From assembly GCA_964016885.1 (NCBI GenBank), contig OZ024744.1, positions 103,416,001-103,480,000 on the forward strand: DNA of 64,000 bases. The letters run 5' to 3'. The notes beneath the pieces were generated by a model. It was not told the origin of the DNA and ran no database searches. It saw only the letters and a list, made by a program, of their open reading frames with translations. The DNA comes from Eledone cirrhosa (Eukaryota). Below are positions 41,300 through 54,100 of the stretch, piece by piece (within the stretch, counting starts at the first letter, position 1; every line of letters starts with the position of its first letter). The position numbers were made by a program, and so were the translations under genes.

Positions 41300-42384
41300 A
41301 TGGATTGACTGTCAGTCTCAAGAAAACTGTCGCCATGTACCAACCTGCCCCTGGTAAGCAGTACACTGAACCAAATATCTATGTGTATGGTAAACGACTT
41401 GGAGTGGTTGATCAGTTTGTCTACCTGGGAAGCACTGTCAATCGATACAGCAACCTTGACAGTGAAATCCCACTCAGGATTAGGAAAACAAGTGATGCTT
41501 TCGGAAAGCTAGAAAGGCGACTCTGGGGTCGGCGAGACATATGCAAGAAGACAAAGGTAAAGGTGTACGAGGCATGTGTGCTCTCTTGTCTTCTTTATGC
41601 TTGCGAGACCTGGGTCACATATCAAGACCACCTTAAGCAATTGGAGCGTTTCCATCAGATGTGTCTCAGACGGATCCATGGCGTTCACTGGAGGGACCAC
41701 ATCAGTGATGTCGAAATTTTGGAAAGCTCTATGTGTGACAGTATAGAAGCTCTTGTGCTTAAGCAACGACTCCGTTGGAGTGGTCACCTTGCCAGGATGA
41801 AGGATTCTAGAATACCAAAACAACTCTTTTATGGAGAGTTGGTTAAAGGAAAACGACCACCACATAAACCAAAAAAGAGGTATAAAGATTCCTTGAAAGC
41901 CTCTTTGAAAGACGCTAACATCTCTGCTGATACATGGGAGAATATTGCTGCTGATCATAATAAATGGAGAAAGACTGTATATGCCTTTGAGGCATTTTGA
42001 ATCGCATACGAGAAAGTAAAGCTGGATGTGAGGAAGGGCATTGCTGTTGCACTTCCAGACAGCGAAGGTCCTCCTATGGTGCTGACATGCAGCGTCAGTG
42101 CGAGACTCTGCCTAAGCAAAGCTGGACTTGAAAGTCATCTTTGCAGTCATAAAGTAAGACCAGTGGTTGACTACCAGGCTGCTGTTGGAGATGCTACTCA
42201 TCATGCTTGCCAAGCATGTGGTAGAGAATGTAAATCAGCAGGAGGGCTCAAACGACATGCAAAAGTACACGAACTCCAACCACAGCCGGCTATTCCCAGT
42301 GAATCTTTTGGTTGCCGACTCTGTGCAAGACATTTTAGATCATTGGCTGGGCTAAAAAGCCACATTCGATCGCAGTGCTGTTAA
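41300..42384 (+). mobile_element. RTE/BovB-like LINE 3' fragment with C-terminal C2H2-type zinc fingers
   Basis: FVYLGS, LLYACETW, RLRWSGHL, RIPKQLFYGEL; then CQACGRECKSAGGLKRHAKVH and CRLCARHFRSLAGLKSH. Confidence 0.85.
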
Positions 42385-42634
42385 TTGCTATCGTGTGTGT
42401 GTGTGTATAGCTATATTTATGTGTGTGCGTGTGTGTGTATATATATATATATGTATATTATTATTGTTGTTGTTGTCATTATTATTATTGTTATTATTAT
42501 TATTATTATTATGTTTTTGTTTTTTTTTCTCGTGCAATGGCCATACTCGATAATGAGGGGGCAGCCATCATGTATGTATGTGTGAATGTATGTATGTAGT
42601 ATCTATGTATATATGTATGTGTGTGTATACATGT

Positions 42635-42912
42635 ATCATCATCATCATCATCATCATCATCACCGTTTTACGTCCGTTCTTCCACGCTAGCATGGGTTAG
42701 ACGGGTTGTCCTGTTCTGTGCAGTGTCTGGTCGGCTGACCATGCCTTGCTCATACAGGAACTGATCTGGCTTGATTTCTACAGCTGGATGCCCTTCCTAA
42801 CACCAACCTCATTTACAGTGAGTGCTGGGTGCTTTTTCGTGGCACCTACACGTCCACTTTACAGTGTGGGCTGGGTGCTTTTTTGCCGTGGCACCTCCAC
42901 GACCACCTTGCG
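42635..42912 (-). mobile_element. SINE/RTE 3'-tail fragment with (GAT)n
   Basis: Shares ttctacagctggatgcccttcctaacaccaacctcatttacagtgagtgctgggtgc with the CORE-SINE copies. Confidence 0.7.
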
Positions 42913-42986
42913 GTGGGGGGGGGTGGGGATGTATGAATATATGTTTGTATGAGTATATGTATGTTTGTATGAGTGTATGTATGTGT

Positions 42987-43645
42987 CAAGGTCCTCGTAA
43001 GTAAACGAGAAAACAGAACTCAGGGAAATGACCTTGCTCAGTATGTAGTAAAGGTGTAGGTAGAAATTCCATCCTCTGCCTCAAATGCAAACTATGGGTA
43101 CACTACACAAAAGATGTAGTGGGATCTCAGGAAGTTTTTTAAGAATATAGGCTTTACATGTAGCAGTTGCACCGGGACAGTAAGCAGCAAATGGCCACAG
43201 GAAACAAGCACTACTAAATTCTGGGAGGGCTCTGTAGAAACATTAGAGAGCTTCTGCTACCTAGGTGACGGAATTAGCAGCGGAGGTGGGTGATCTGAAA
43301 GTACAGTAACCAGGGTAAGAATGGGATGGAAGAAGTTCAGGGAGCTACTACCACTGCTACCTGCAAAAGGCTTCTCCCTCAAAATGAAAGGCAGACTGTA
43401 TGATGTGTACATATGAACAGCAATGCTACATGGTAGTGAGACCTGGGCGTTGTGTGTAGAAGACTTGTGTAGATTAGAAAGAAATGAAGCCTGCATGCTC
43501 TGATGGATGTGTAATAGTAATATACGTGAACAGCAAAGCATAAACGAATTGAGAAAGAGACTGAGCATAAGAATAATCAAATATTGCGTTGGTATGGACA
43601 TGTGATGTGTATGAAGGATGACAGCTGCATAAAAAGGTGCGACTA
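42987..43645 (+). mobile_element. RTE LINE 3' coding segment, inverted relative to its 5' part at 44159-47490
   Basis: Starts KVLVSKREN..PCSVC, the continuation of ..GLKINL at 44160(-); includes GWKKFRELL and AMLHGSETW. Confidence 0.8.
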
Positions 43646-43699
43646 GGGAGGGTGGAGGGGAAAGTGTGGACAGGGTAGTAGGGGAGGTATGTTTACCGC

Positions 43700-44155
43700 T
43701 GAGGGAGGTGAATAAGAGGGGATAGAAGGTTGAGGATGGTGCTGCCTACTAGGTATAGGCCTCATCCCGAGAACAATAGAGGGCGGGTCTTCTGTAAAAC
43801 TGCATAGCGCCAGAGGTCGTGGTCCTGAGTCATTGCCTTTGAGAGGTTTAACGGTAGTAGATCCCTGAACCTTCTTCAACCCGTTCTCTCTCTGGTTACT
43901 CTGCTTTTGGAACACCCTCCCCTACTGATTTGGTCACCCAGGTAACAAACTATCTACCACTTCAACTGAGCCATCTGAGCATTTGAAGGTGGTTCTTGCT
44001 ACTTACTGCCCCTGTGCACCTGCCACAAGTAAAACCTACAATCTTTGTTAGCCTGCCTGAGCTCCCACTACATCTCTTGTGTACCCATTGCTTGCATTTG
44101 GTACATAGAATGACCAGAGGTGATCTGTGCCCTGTTATCCCTACTACTTACTAGG
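43700..44155 (-). mobile_element. Heavily deleted RTE LINE 3' fragment
   Basis: Minus strand encodes CTKCKQWVHKRCSG and DLWRYAVLQKTR remnants. Confidence 0.65.
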
Positions 44156-45240
44156 ACGTTAGTCTAACAGGTTGATTTTAAGACCTTTCGATTCTAGGCC
44201 TTTCTTCCAGGTTTGAAATTTCATTTCTAGTTCAGCTATAGATTTGGCTATAAGGGTTAGGTCATCAACATACAGAAGTTCCCTTGGGCAGCCGGTTTTA
44301 AACTCCTCCGTTATTGCCTGCAGAATGATGATAAACAGCAGAGGGCTAAGAACAGAGCCCTGATGGACACCAACTTGCACACTAAATTCTCCACTATAGT
44401 CATTGTTAATTCTAACCTTACTGGCTGTTCTTCTATACATTGCTTCAACTGTCCTCACAAGCCATTTGTCAACTATTTTCCTAAGAGCCCACCAGATAAT
44501 GGAACGGGGGACTCTGTCAAAAGCTTTCTCAAGGTCGACAGAAGCCAGGTAGAAGGGCTTACTCTTAGCTAGGTACTTCTCCTATAGTTGTCTTACAAGG
44601 AAGAGGGCATCAGTGGTACTCTTACTTGGGACAAATCCAAACTGTATCTCATCTAGGTTAACACGTTCTCTAATCAGCTGAGCTAAGACTCTTTCAATGA
44701 CCTTCATAACTTGGTCAGCAAACTTAATGCCTCTATAGTTTTGTGTATCTAGGGCATCTCCTTTGCCCTTGTAGCAGTTTATGATGCTGCTACACCAGTC
44801 ATTGAGTATGACTTGGTTTACAATGTGGGAGACTATGGTATGAACCATCATACCTGATGCTTTCAGCATCTCAGCAACTATCCCTGAGGGACCAGCTGCC
44901 CTGTCTGACTTTATATCCTTGATTGCCTTACTTACCATACTACAGCTAACTTGTACAGCTGGTCCCTCTGTTGGGTCAACATGTGACATTTTCTTCTCCC
45001 CATGCATTCTCCTTATTCAGTAATCTTTCATAGTGACACTTCCATACTACCTTCTTTTCAGCATCAGTGAGAGCAAGTTCGCCAAAATCATTTCAGACCC
45101 ACTTCTCCCCACTGACATTACAATTTTCCCTGACACACTGCCTTAAAATCCTGAACACCTCACGTCTTTGATCCTCACGTTGCAAAACATGCTTAAATTT
45201 TTCGTTTTCTGCTTCCCTTCTATGGAGGTAAACTTGTCGC

Positions 45241-46262
45241 CTATCTTCTCTCCTAGCCTTCTGGTAAACTTCTCTGTTACCCCCATTACACCAATCTTCT
45301 CTCCTAGCCTTCTGGTAAACTTCTCTGTTACCCCCATTACACCTATCTTCTCTTCTAGCCTTCTGGTAAACTTCTCTGTTACCCCCATTACACCAATCTT
45401 CTCTCCTAGCCTTCTGGTAAACTTCTCTGTTACCCCCATTACACCAATCTTCTCTCCTAGCCTTCTGGTAAACTTCTCTGTTACCCCCATTACACCAATC
45501 TTCTCTCCTAGCGTTCTGATAAACTTCTCTGTTACCCCCATTACACCTATCTTCTCTCCTAGCCTTCTGGTAAACTTCTCTGTTACCCCCATTACACCAA
45601 TCATCTCTCCTAGCCTCCTGGTAAACTTCTCTGTTACCCCCATTACACCTATCTTCTCTCCTAGCCTTCTGGTAAACTTCTCTGTTACCCCCATTACACC
45701 TATCTTCTCTCCTAGCCTTCTGGTAAACTTCTCTGTTACCCCCATTACACCTAACTTCTCTCCTAGCCTTCTGGTAAACTTCTCTGTTACCCCCATTACA
45801 CCAATCTTCTCTCCTAGCCTTCTGGTAAACTTCTCTGCTACCCCATTACACCAATCTTCTCTCCTAGCCTTCTGGTAAACTTCTCTGCTACCCCCATTAC
45901 ACCAATCTTCTCTCCTAGCCTTCTGGTAAACTTCTCTGTTACCCCCATTACACCAATCTTCTCTCCTCGCCTTCTGGTAAACTTCTCTGTTACCCCCATT
46001 ACACCAATCTTCTCTCCTAGCCTTCTGGTAAACTTCTCTGTTACCCCCATTACATCTATCTTCTCTCCTAGCCTTCTGGTAAACTTCTCTGTTACCCCAT
46101 TACACCTATCTTCTCTCCTAGCCTTCTGGTAAACTTCTCTGCTACCTCATTACACCAATCTTCTCTCCTAGCCTTCTGGTAAACTTCTCTGTTACCCCCA
46201 TTACACCAATCTTCTCTCCTAGCCTTCTGGTAAACTTCTCTGCTACCCCTCATTACACCAAT
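45241..46262. repeat. 51-bp minisatellite (about 20 copies) amplified from LINE coding sequence
   Basis: Unit ttctctcctagccttctggtaaacttctctgttacccccattacaccaatc; matches the single-copy ..GGSREHYQVARREARR.. segment of the other RTE copies. Confidence 0.93.
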
Positions 46263-46879
46263 CTATCCAAGCCTGTCTTTTGGCCTTAATTGTCTCATCT
46301 ACTTTACTATTTCACCACCAAGTCACTCTCTGTCTCCTTAGAGACCTAATCAAACCACAGATTTCATCAGTCACCTTCAGTAGGTTATCTTTCAGGAACT
46401 CCCACTGCTCCTCTATACCATATGTCTCTATTTTCTCTTCCTTGCTGTTGAAGGTGTCGGTCAACATACTTATAAATTTGTTACTGGATGATGGGTCTTT
46501 TAACTTCCATACTCGTCTACTCCAGGTAAGCTACTGTTGTCGAGTTCTTATAGCTCTGACTAAGTTATGTTAGGAGGTGCATTCTTCACTGGGGAGTAAC
46601 TTTGTGTTCCTAACAGTCACTCTGTCTCATCTTCTAGTAAGAATGAAATCAATTTGGCTGGTGTGGTCACCTGATCTATATGTGATTAGGTGGTTGTCTC
46701 ATTTTCTGAAGTTTGTATTACAGATAGATAGGTCGTTTGCGCCACAGAATTCCAGTAGTCTGAAGCCTTCCTCATTTCTAGGACCATACTCATAACCCCC
46801 GTGGATCCCATCAAAGCCATCGTAGAGTTGTCTCACATGTCCATTGAAGTCACCTACAATGAGTAGGAAGTTTCATTAA

Positions 46880-47066
46880 GGTGGATTGGCAGTATCAGTA
46901 GAGGATCGGACGCCATGCTTTGATGCATAGAGTTACGGCCCTTGCCATTCTGAGTTCAAATCCCGCCGAAGTTAACTTTGCCTTTCATCCTTACGGGGTC
47001 GATAAAATAAGGTACCAGTAATGCACTGGATAATTGCTGGTCTTGTGTCAAAAGTAGAAACAATTA
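46880..47066 (+). mobile_element. SINE family 2 copy nested in LINE
   Basis: gagttcaaatcccgccgaagttaactttgcctttcatccttacggggtcgataaaataag. Confidence 0.78.
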
Positions 47067-47573
47067 ATTTGGGAGATAGTGAGCCTTAGGGACTTTTAGA
47101 ACCTGTCTTTTTGTATGTCTGGAAGTCCATACTGAGGAGCGTAGGTAGATATAATTGTTATAGTTGTTCTTCTACCAAAATCTCTTCCACCTAGCCCATC
47201 GTCATTTCCCACCCAGAATAATTTGTAGCAACATTTTTTGCCTACGAGGAATCTAGCAGACATACCTCTCCATCTAGTCTCTTGTATACAGCACACATTG
47301 ACTTTCGTTCATTCAAGCATCTCTACAATCTCTCTGGATCTACCTTTCATGGTGCCAACGTTTATGGTGCCAAGTCTGAAGTTATGGAGTTCAGCGGGGA
47401 GCGAGAGGTAGGTGGGAGCTTGGTAGGGGCGCGTGTGGGGTGAGGGTGAGGTTTTCCAGGCTGAAATAAAGAAGAGCGATTGCCTGATCATCCAGAGGTG
47501 GTTGGTGGGTTCATATTTGTCAATTAGTAATAAGTTATATAAAATTACAAATTGTTTTTAAATTATAAATTAC

Positions 47574-47639
47574 CATCTTGGGAGTTATTTTCTATATTTT
47601 GAGATTTTGGCCCGTTGGAATTAACTGAAGAATCAATGT
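47574..47639 (-). CDS. Micro-exon 5 (66 nt, phase 1-1); peptide (D)IDSSVNSNGPKSQNIENNSQD
   Basis: tataatttcag|ACATTGATTC...CCCAAGATG|gtaatttata; start and donor context homologous to exon 4; CCCAAGAT end shared with exons 7 and 9. Confidence 0.7.
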
Positions 47640-47777
47640 CTGAAATTATATAACAAATTATATATTTATATGAATTTATTTTGCAAGGTTGTTATGAAAT
47701 TGTGTTGAAACAAATATTGTTATATTTGGGGAAGGTCATGTTGCTATAATATTGCCAGAAATATATAATATATAATA

Positions 47778-47892
47778 ATTGTTTCTACTTTTGGTACAAG
47801 GGCAGCCATTATTCCAGTGCATTACTGGTACTTTATTTTATCGAACCTGTAAGGATGAAAGGCAAAGTTAACCTCAGTGGAACTTGAGCTCT
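47778..47892 (-). mobile_element. SINE family 2 partial copy
   Basis: ttgtttctacttttgg...cattactggtactttattttatcg...aaggatgaaaggcaaagttaacctc. Confidence 0.72.
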
Positions 47893-48299
47893 CCATATAT
47901 CCCTATAGTTAATTTAGCTGGCAATCAATGTTTACCATTGATTGACCAACAGTTAAAAATATAAATATGTATATATACCTTTTCAGAGTTCTTTTGTCAC
48001 ACACCTGTTACATCAGAGATATTATTATGTTTCCTTCTGTTGTATCGTAATGCTTACTTATTCTATCTTTGGTTGCTAGTGTGTGTGTTTGTGTGTGGTT
48101 GTTATTGTACCTATGTTCAGCTGTGGTGAAACCATATCTAGCCAAGCTTTGTAGCCGACACTCTTATGGACACGATTAAAAGACATCATCACCATCACCG
48201 TTTTATGAGCAATGCCTGGTCAGGTGACCATGTCTTGCTCATACAGGACTGATTTTGGCTTGATTTCTACAGCTGGATGCTCTTCCCAACACCAACCTC

Positions 48300-48695
48300 A
48301 TTTACAGTGTGGACTGGGTGCTTTTTGACCATGGTGCCTACACAACCACTTTACAGTGTGGACTTGGTGCTTTTTTACCGTGGTGCCTACATGACCACTT
48401 TACAGTGTGGACTGGGTGCTTTTTGACCATGGTGCCTACATGGCCACTTTACAGTGTGGACTGGGTGCTTTTTGACCATGGTGCCTACATGGCCACTTTA
48501 CAGTGTGGACTGGGTGCTTTTTTACCGTGGTGCCTACATAGCCACTTTACAATTTGGACTGGCTGCTTTTTTACCATGGTGCCTACTTAGCCACTTTACA
48601 GTGTGGACTGGGTGCTTTTTTACCGTGGTGCCTACGTGGCCACTTTACAGTGTGGACCGGGTGCTTTTTGTTGTGACACCTACACAACCACTTTA
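48300..48695. repeat. About 49-bp minisatellite (about 8 copies) inside a SINE/RTE tail fragment (48185-48695, -)
   Basis: Unit ccactttacagtgtggactgggtgcttttttaccgtggtgcctacatgg; period 49 (48591 to 48640). Confidence 0.88.
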
Positions 48696-48699
48696 TATT

Positions 48700-49830
48700 T
48701 ATCTTAGGTCACTGTTGTGTTTTTTTTGTGTTTATGTATGGTTATTGTTATTCCATTCGTTCTTTCTGTTCAACTTTGGTCTTCTAAGTTCTATTTCAGT
48801 TGCTTCTCTGATTTGTCTTCCTGTTGAGTCATTTCTATGTTTAGATATTATTTTAATTTCTATGTTGTCTATATAACCATCATGTCTTAGTCTTGTGTGT
48901 TCATATTTAATTCACCCCAGTGTTGGTCTAATGTCTCTCCTATGCTCCGAGCTATTTCACCTATGTATGTCGTCATGTTTGTTCAAGCACCCTCTGTACA
49001 TCTTATGCTATAGACTACATTTCTATTTTTACAATTTATTTTTTTATTTATTCTATATATAACACATTTCTTACAGTAGGTTTTCTTAAGGGGGTAAGTT
49101 TTGCTGATCAGGGAATTTATTGTAGTTCCTGACTTTTCTACCACTTTAATCTTTAAATAGGTTTTTCTTAGGACCTTTCTAAATTGGTTAGCTAATTTCT
49201 GCCCAGGGGTTGCATGCACGAACATGACACTCTGATATCTCTGGTTGTCATACCATGAAGTGGCTTTCCCTATCTTATGTTTAATCCCATCTATGCTATT
49301 CATCATTTTCTCCTGTACAGTGGGCAAATCCCTTTCATATACATCTCTATGAGGGTCTTATATTTCTCTGTGGCTCCTTTGTACACCCTGATTCTGTCTC
49401 TTTGGCTGTAGCCAAAGAACTGCATGTGATTGATAAAGTGTTGTACGTTTCTTTCTAGTTCAGTTGGATCACACATGCAAGACATATTCTTTGTCACTCT
49501 TACCAACTGCGATCAGAATATTAAACTTAGCACTATTGGGCATCACTGAGTTTTTGTGTATTAGGTATTTAGAGGCAATGGGTTTATCATAATGTGAGTG
49601 GAGAATTTGGGTTTTCTTGTTTATAGTGTGTAACCAGAGTTCAGTGTCTAATAGTGGTAGTCTATTGCTAGGGTGCTTGGAAGAGTAGTCAATAGTTACT
49701 ATAATGCTCTTGTGTATGGAATTAACTATCTGCTGGATGCTCTCCATTGTGTTAGTTTCTAATTCAGGTTCCTAGGAACTCTCTTGTGGAGGTGTTATTT
49801 ATATTAATATCATCTACATATTCCATATAT
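48700..49830 (-). mobile_element. Decayed Penelope-like element fragment (RT C-terminus + GIY-YIG)
   Basis: YVDDI near 49805-49820; LPLLDTEL..HYDKP; KVVEKSG..C..C...NVVYSIRC...YIGE. Confidence 0.75.
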
Positions 49831-50179
49831 TCTTCCAGAGCAATCTCTATTTAAAAACTTACATTTTATACTTATTTGTCCGCCATTCAAAAATGGCCAT
49901 AAATTCAAATTTTGAAAAAGAGGAAAAGGGACAAGGGAACTATGAACTTGTACATCTCACTGCCCCCCCCCCCCCCCGCCGCCACCACAATAACAATAAC
50001 GTCTACACTCGCTCCCCACCATCACTACATACGTCATTACCCTATCTAAGGTGGCTGACCTGTTGACTGTTGACAAACTGCTAACTCCTTTGATGTATGT
50101 ATGTGTATATATATGTGTATGTGTGTGTGTATATATGTATGTATATATATATCTCAGTGGATGCGACCGGATTTCAACA

Positions 50180-50730
50180 CAGCAACAACTACAACTACAA
50201 CAAAAACAGCAACTACAACAACAGCAACAACAACAACAACTGCCACCACCATCACTGAAACCATCCACCACCACCAGCACCATCACCATACTGACACCAT
50301 CCACCACAACCACCATCACTGGCTCCATCCACCACCACCACCATCACCATCACTGACACCATCCACCACCTTCACCACCACCACCATCACTGGCACTATC
50401 CACCACCACCACCATCACTGTCACTATCCACCACCATCACCATCACTGCCACCATCCACCACCTTCACCACCGCCACTGCCACCACCACCATCACTGGCA
50501 ACATCCACCACCACCACCATCACCATCCACCACCACCACCACCTTCAATAGCACCACCCACCACCGCCACCGCCACCGCCACCACCACCACCACCATCAC
50601 CACCACCATTCACCACCACCATCACCATCACTGACACCATCCACCACCACCACCATCACCATCACTGACACCATCCACCACCATCACCATCACCATCACT
50701 GATGCCATCCACCGCCACCACCATCACCAG
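50180..50730. repeat. (CAA)n/(CAC)n/(CAT)n low-complexity tract
   Basis: Direct inspection. Confidence 0.9.
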
Positions 50731-51159
50731 TGATCAGGCCTTAAAAACAACTATAATAATTGTTTCTGATTTTGGCACGGGGCCAGCAGTTACCCAGTGC
50801 GTTGCTGGTGCTTTGTTTTATCGACCCCATAAGGACGGAGAGTGGAGAACCGTTGCTCTTTGCTGTAAAGCAAACAATTATTATTATTATTATATAAAAA
50901 CTGAACTGGACTGGCAATGTCAACAGTTGACATGATTTTGATTTTGTATCAGTACTGACGGTAATATATATATATATATGTATATGTTTGTGTGTGTGAG
51001 TGGTGTGTGTGTTTGTATGCATGAGTGTTGGTGTGTGAGTGGCATGTGTGTTTGTAGTTTGTATGTTGATTTTGAGAATGTAAGCAAAATACTTGTCTTT
51101 CCGCAGTCAACCCACCTTAAGTGGGTTGACTGCGGAAATTTGGAAAGTCTAAGCACTCA

Positions 51160-54100
51160 ATGACAATGTCACAGATAAATTCACCTCCGGCCGCAAGGCG
51201 AGAATACATTATTATTTCAGACACGGATGACCAACAAAATTCCGTCTCCCACATCCCTCCCTGCCCCTCCAACCCATCCATATCACCCTCCAAACTTCAG
51301 AGTTGGTACCATGAACGTAGGTACATTGAAAGGTCGCTCAAATGAGGTTGTAGAGATGCTTGAACGTAAAGAAGTTGATGTTTGTTGTATTCAAGAGATT
51401 AGGTGGAGAGGGGGGTCTGCTAGATTCATCATGGGTAAAAAACGATGCTATAAACTTTTCTGGGTGGGAAATGACAACGGACAGGGTGGTGTAGGAATTA
51501 TGCTAGACGAAAAATGGGTAGATAAGGGAATTGACATAGAGTGAATGACAGAATAATTAAATTAAGACTAGTTCTAAATAGAACTACTGTGACAATAATA
51601 TCTGCTTATGCACCCCAATCTGGTCTACCTAACGTTATAAAGGACAGATTCTATGAGATGCTAGTGCACACTACCTCCCAAATAACCGACAGTGACTACT
51701 TAATTATTGCTGGCGATCTAAACAGTCACGTTGGACAACATGGTGATGGCTATGATGGAATCCATGGAGGCTATAGGGTTGGAAATAGAAATGAGGAGGG
51801 CTTCAGAATCCTGGAATTCTGTGACGCAAATAGCCTAACTATCTGTAACACAAACTTCAAAAAACGTAAAAACCACTTGATCACCTATAGATCAGGGGAA
51901 CACACCAGCCAGATAGATTATATCCTTACTAGATGACGGGACAAAGTGTCTGTTGTAAACACTAAATCCTTCTTCCGTGAAGAATGCACCTCCCAACATA
52001 ACCTAGTAGTTAGTGACCTCATAGTCAGAAATAGACATACTCGACGACAGAGGAGGCCTACTTTGAGGAGAAGAATATGGAAGTTGAAGGACCCCATAGC
52101 CAGTGACAAATTTAAAAGCTTATTACTTGATGCCTTTGACAATAAGGAAGATCAATTAGAGATGTGCGATATAGAGGAACAGTGGCAATTCTTGAAAGTG
52201 AACCTGCTGAAAGCAATGGATGAAATCTGTGGCTGGAACAGACCTATTGGCAGGAGGAGAGTAACTTGGTGGTGGAACAGTAAGGTGGAAGAGACAACAA
52301 GGTCAAAAAGCAGGCTTGGAAAGTATGGCAGGATGGGGGAAGTAGAGAGCACTATCAAGTGGCCAGGAGAGAAGCTAGGAGACAAGTGTACCTTGCAAAA
52401 AGGGAAGCAGAGGATAGAAAGTTCAAGCATGTTCTACAACGTGAGGACCAAAAACGTGAGGTGTTCAGGATTGCTAGACAATGTGTCAAGGAAAACCGTG
52501 ATATTGTCGGGGAGAAGTGTGTCCGTAATGATAACGGTGTACTTTCCCTCACTGATACTGATAAGAAGATAGCCTGGAAGCGTCACTACGAGAGACTATT
52601 AAATGAGAAGAATAAATGGGAAAAAGATAGTCTGCCCCAAATTGATCCAATAGAAGGATCAGCAGTGCAAGTTAAAGGTAGTATAATAAGTAAGGCAATC
52701 AAAGATATGAAGACAAGCAAGGCAGCTGGGCCTTCGGAGATAGTTGCTCAGATGTTGAAGGCATCTGGTATGGTGGGACACACTATGGTCACCCGTATAG
52801 TTAACCAAGTAATACAGAATGGGGTCATACCGAAAGACTGGCGTAGCAGCATCATCATTAACTGCTATAAGGGTAAAGGTGATGCTCTAGATAGGCGAAA
52901 CTATAGAGGCATTAAGTTAGTTGACCAGGTCATGAAGGTTACAGAAAGAGTTATAGCGCAACTAATCAGAGAGCGAATTTATCTAGATGAAATGCAGTTT
53001 GGGCTTGTGTCAGGTAAAAGTACCACAGACGCTCTTTTCCTTGTATGACAACTACAAGAGAAGTACCTAGCTAAAAGTAAACCCCTCTACTTAGCTTTTG
53101 TAGACCTGGAGAAAGCCTTTGACAGAGTCCCCCGCTCCATTATCTGGTGGGCTCTTAGAAGACTAGGTGTAGATGAATGGCTTGTGAGAGCTATACAAGC
53201 TATGTATAATGAAACAGTCAGTAAGGTTAGAATTAACAATGAATATTGTGAAGAATTTAGTGTAAAAGTTGGCGTTCATCAAGGCTCAGTACTTAGCCTT
53301 CTATTTATTATTGCCCTTCAGGCTATAACAGTGGAGTTCAAGACCGGCTGCCCATGGGAACTCCTATACGCAGATGATCTAACGCTCATAGCTGAATCAA
53401 TGGCTGAACTAGAGAAGAAATTCCAAACATGGAAACATGGCCTAGAATCAAAAGGCCTTAAAGTTAACTTGTCTAAGACTAAAGTTCTAGTTTGTCGAAA
53501 GGAAAATAGGGCACAGGTGCCCTCAGGGAAATGGCCATGCTCAGTATGTAAGAAAGGAGTAGGCAGAAATTCCATTTTATGTCCCAAATGCAAAGTATGG
53601 GTACATAAATGATGTAGTGGGATCACAGGTAAACTATCTAAGAACGTAGACTTTATATGTGGCCAATGCTCAGGTGCAAGTAGCAAGTGTCCACAGGATA
53701 CTAGCTCCTTCTATTGCCCAGATGGTTCTATAGAAATAGTAGACACTTTCCGTTACCTGGGTGACAAAATCAGCAGTGGTGGAGGGTGTTCTGAAAGTAC
53801 GGTAACGAGAGTCAGAACGGGATGGAAAAAGTTCAGAGAGCTTATACCGCTGTTGGCCACAAAAGGTTTCTCTCTAAAAATGAAAGGCTGATTGTATGAT
53901 GCCTGTATACGAACAGCAATGCTACATGGCAGTGAGACATGAGCATTGCGTGCAGAGGACCTGTGCAGACTGGAAAGGAACGAAGCATGCATGCTCCGTT
54001 GGATGTGTAATAGTAATATACGTGAACGGCAAAGCATAAATGAACTAAGTGAGAAATTAGGAATAAGAGGGATCAGATGCTGTTTACTTGAGAGAAGACT

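Larger units (their letters stand above)
44159..47491 (-). mobile_element. RTE-clade LINE (APE + RT), decayed, containing a 51-bp array and a SINE
   Basis: TINVGTMKGRS, CIQETRW, YKGKGDALD..NYRGIK, GVHQGSVLSPLLF, LLYVDDL. Confidence 0.9.

Noticed and set aside
42028-42384. Host C2H2 zinc-finger gene
   Set aside because: Directly continues the RTE ORF across a stop/frameshift; these are the element's own C-terminal fingers.
47979-48004. Possible extra micro-exon (aacag|GTGTGTGACAAAAGAACTCTGAAAAG|gtatat)
   Set aside because: 26 nt is not a multiple of 3, phase 1 gives an immediate TGA, the polypyrimidine tract is weak and there is no module homology.
50051-50935. His/Thr/Pro/Gln-rich ORFs
   Set aside because: Low-complexity CAC/CAA tract with no splice or homology support.
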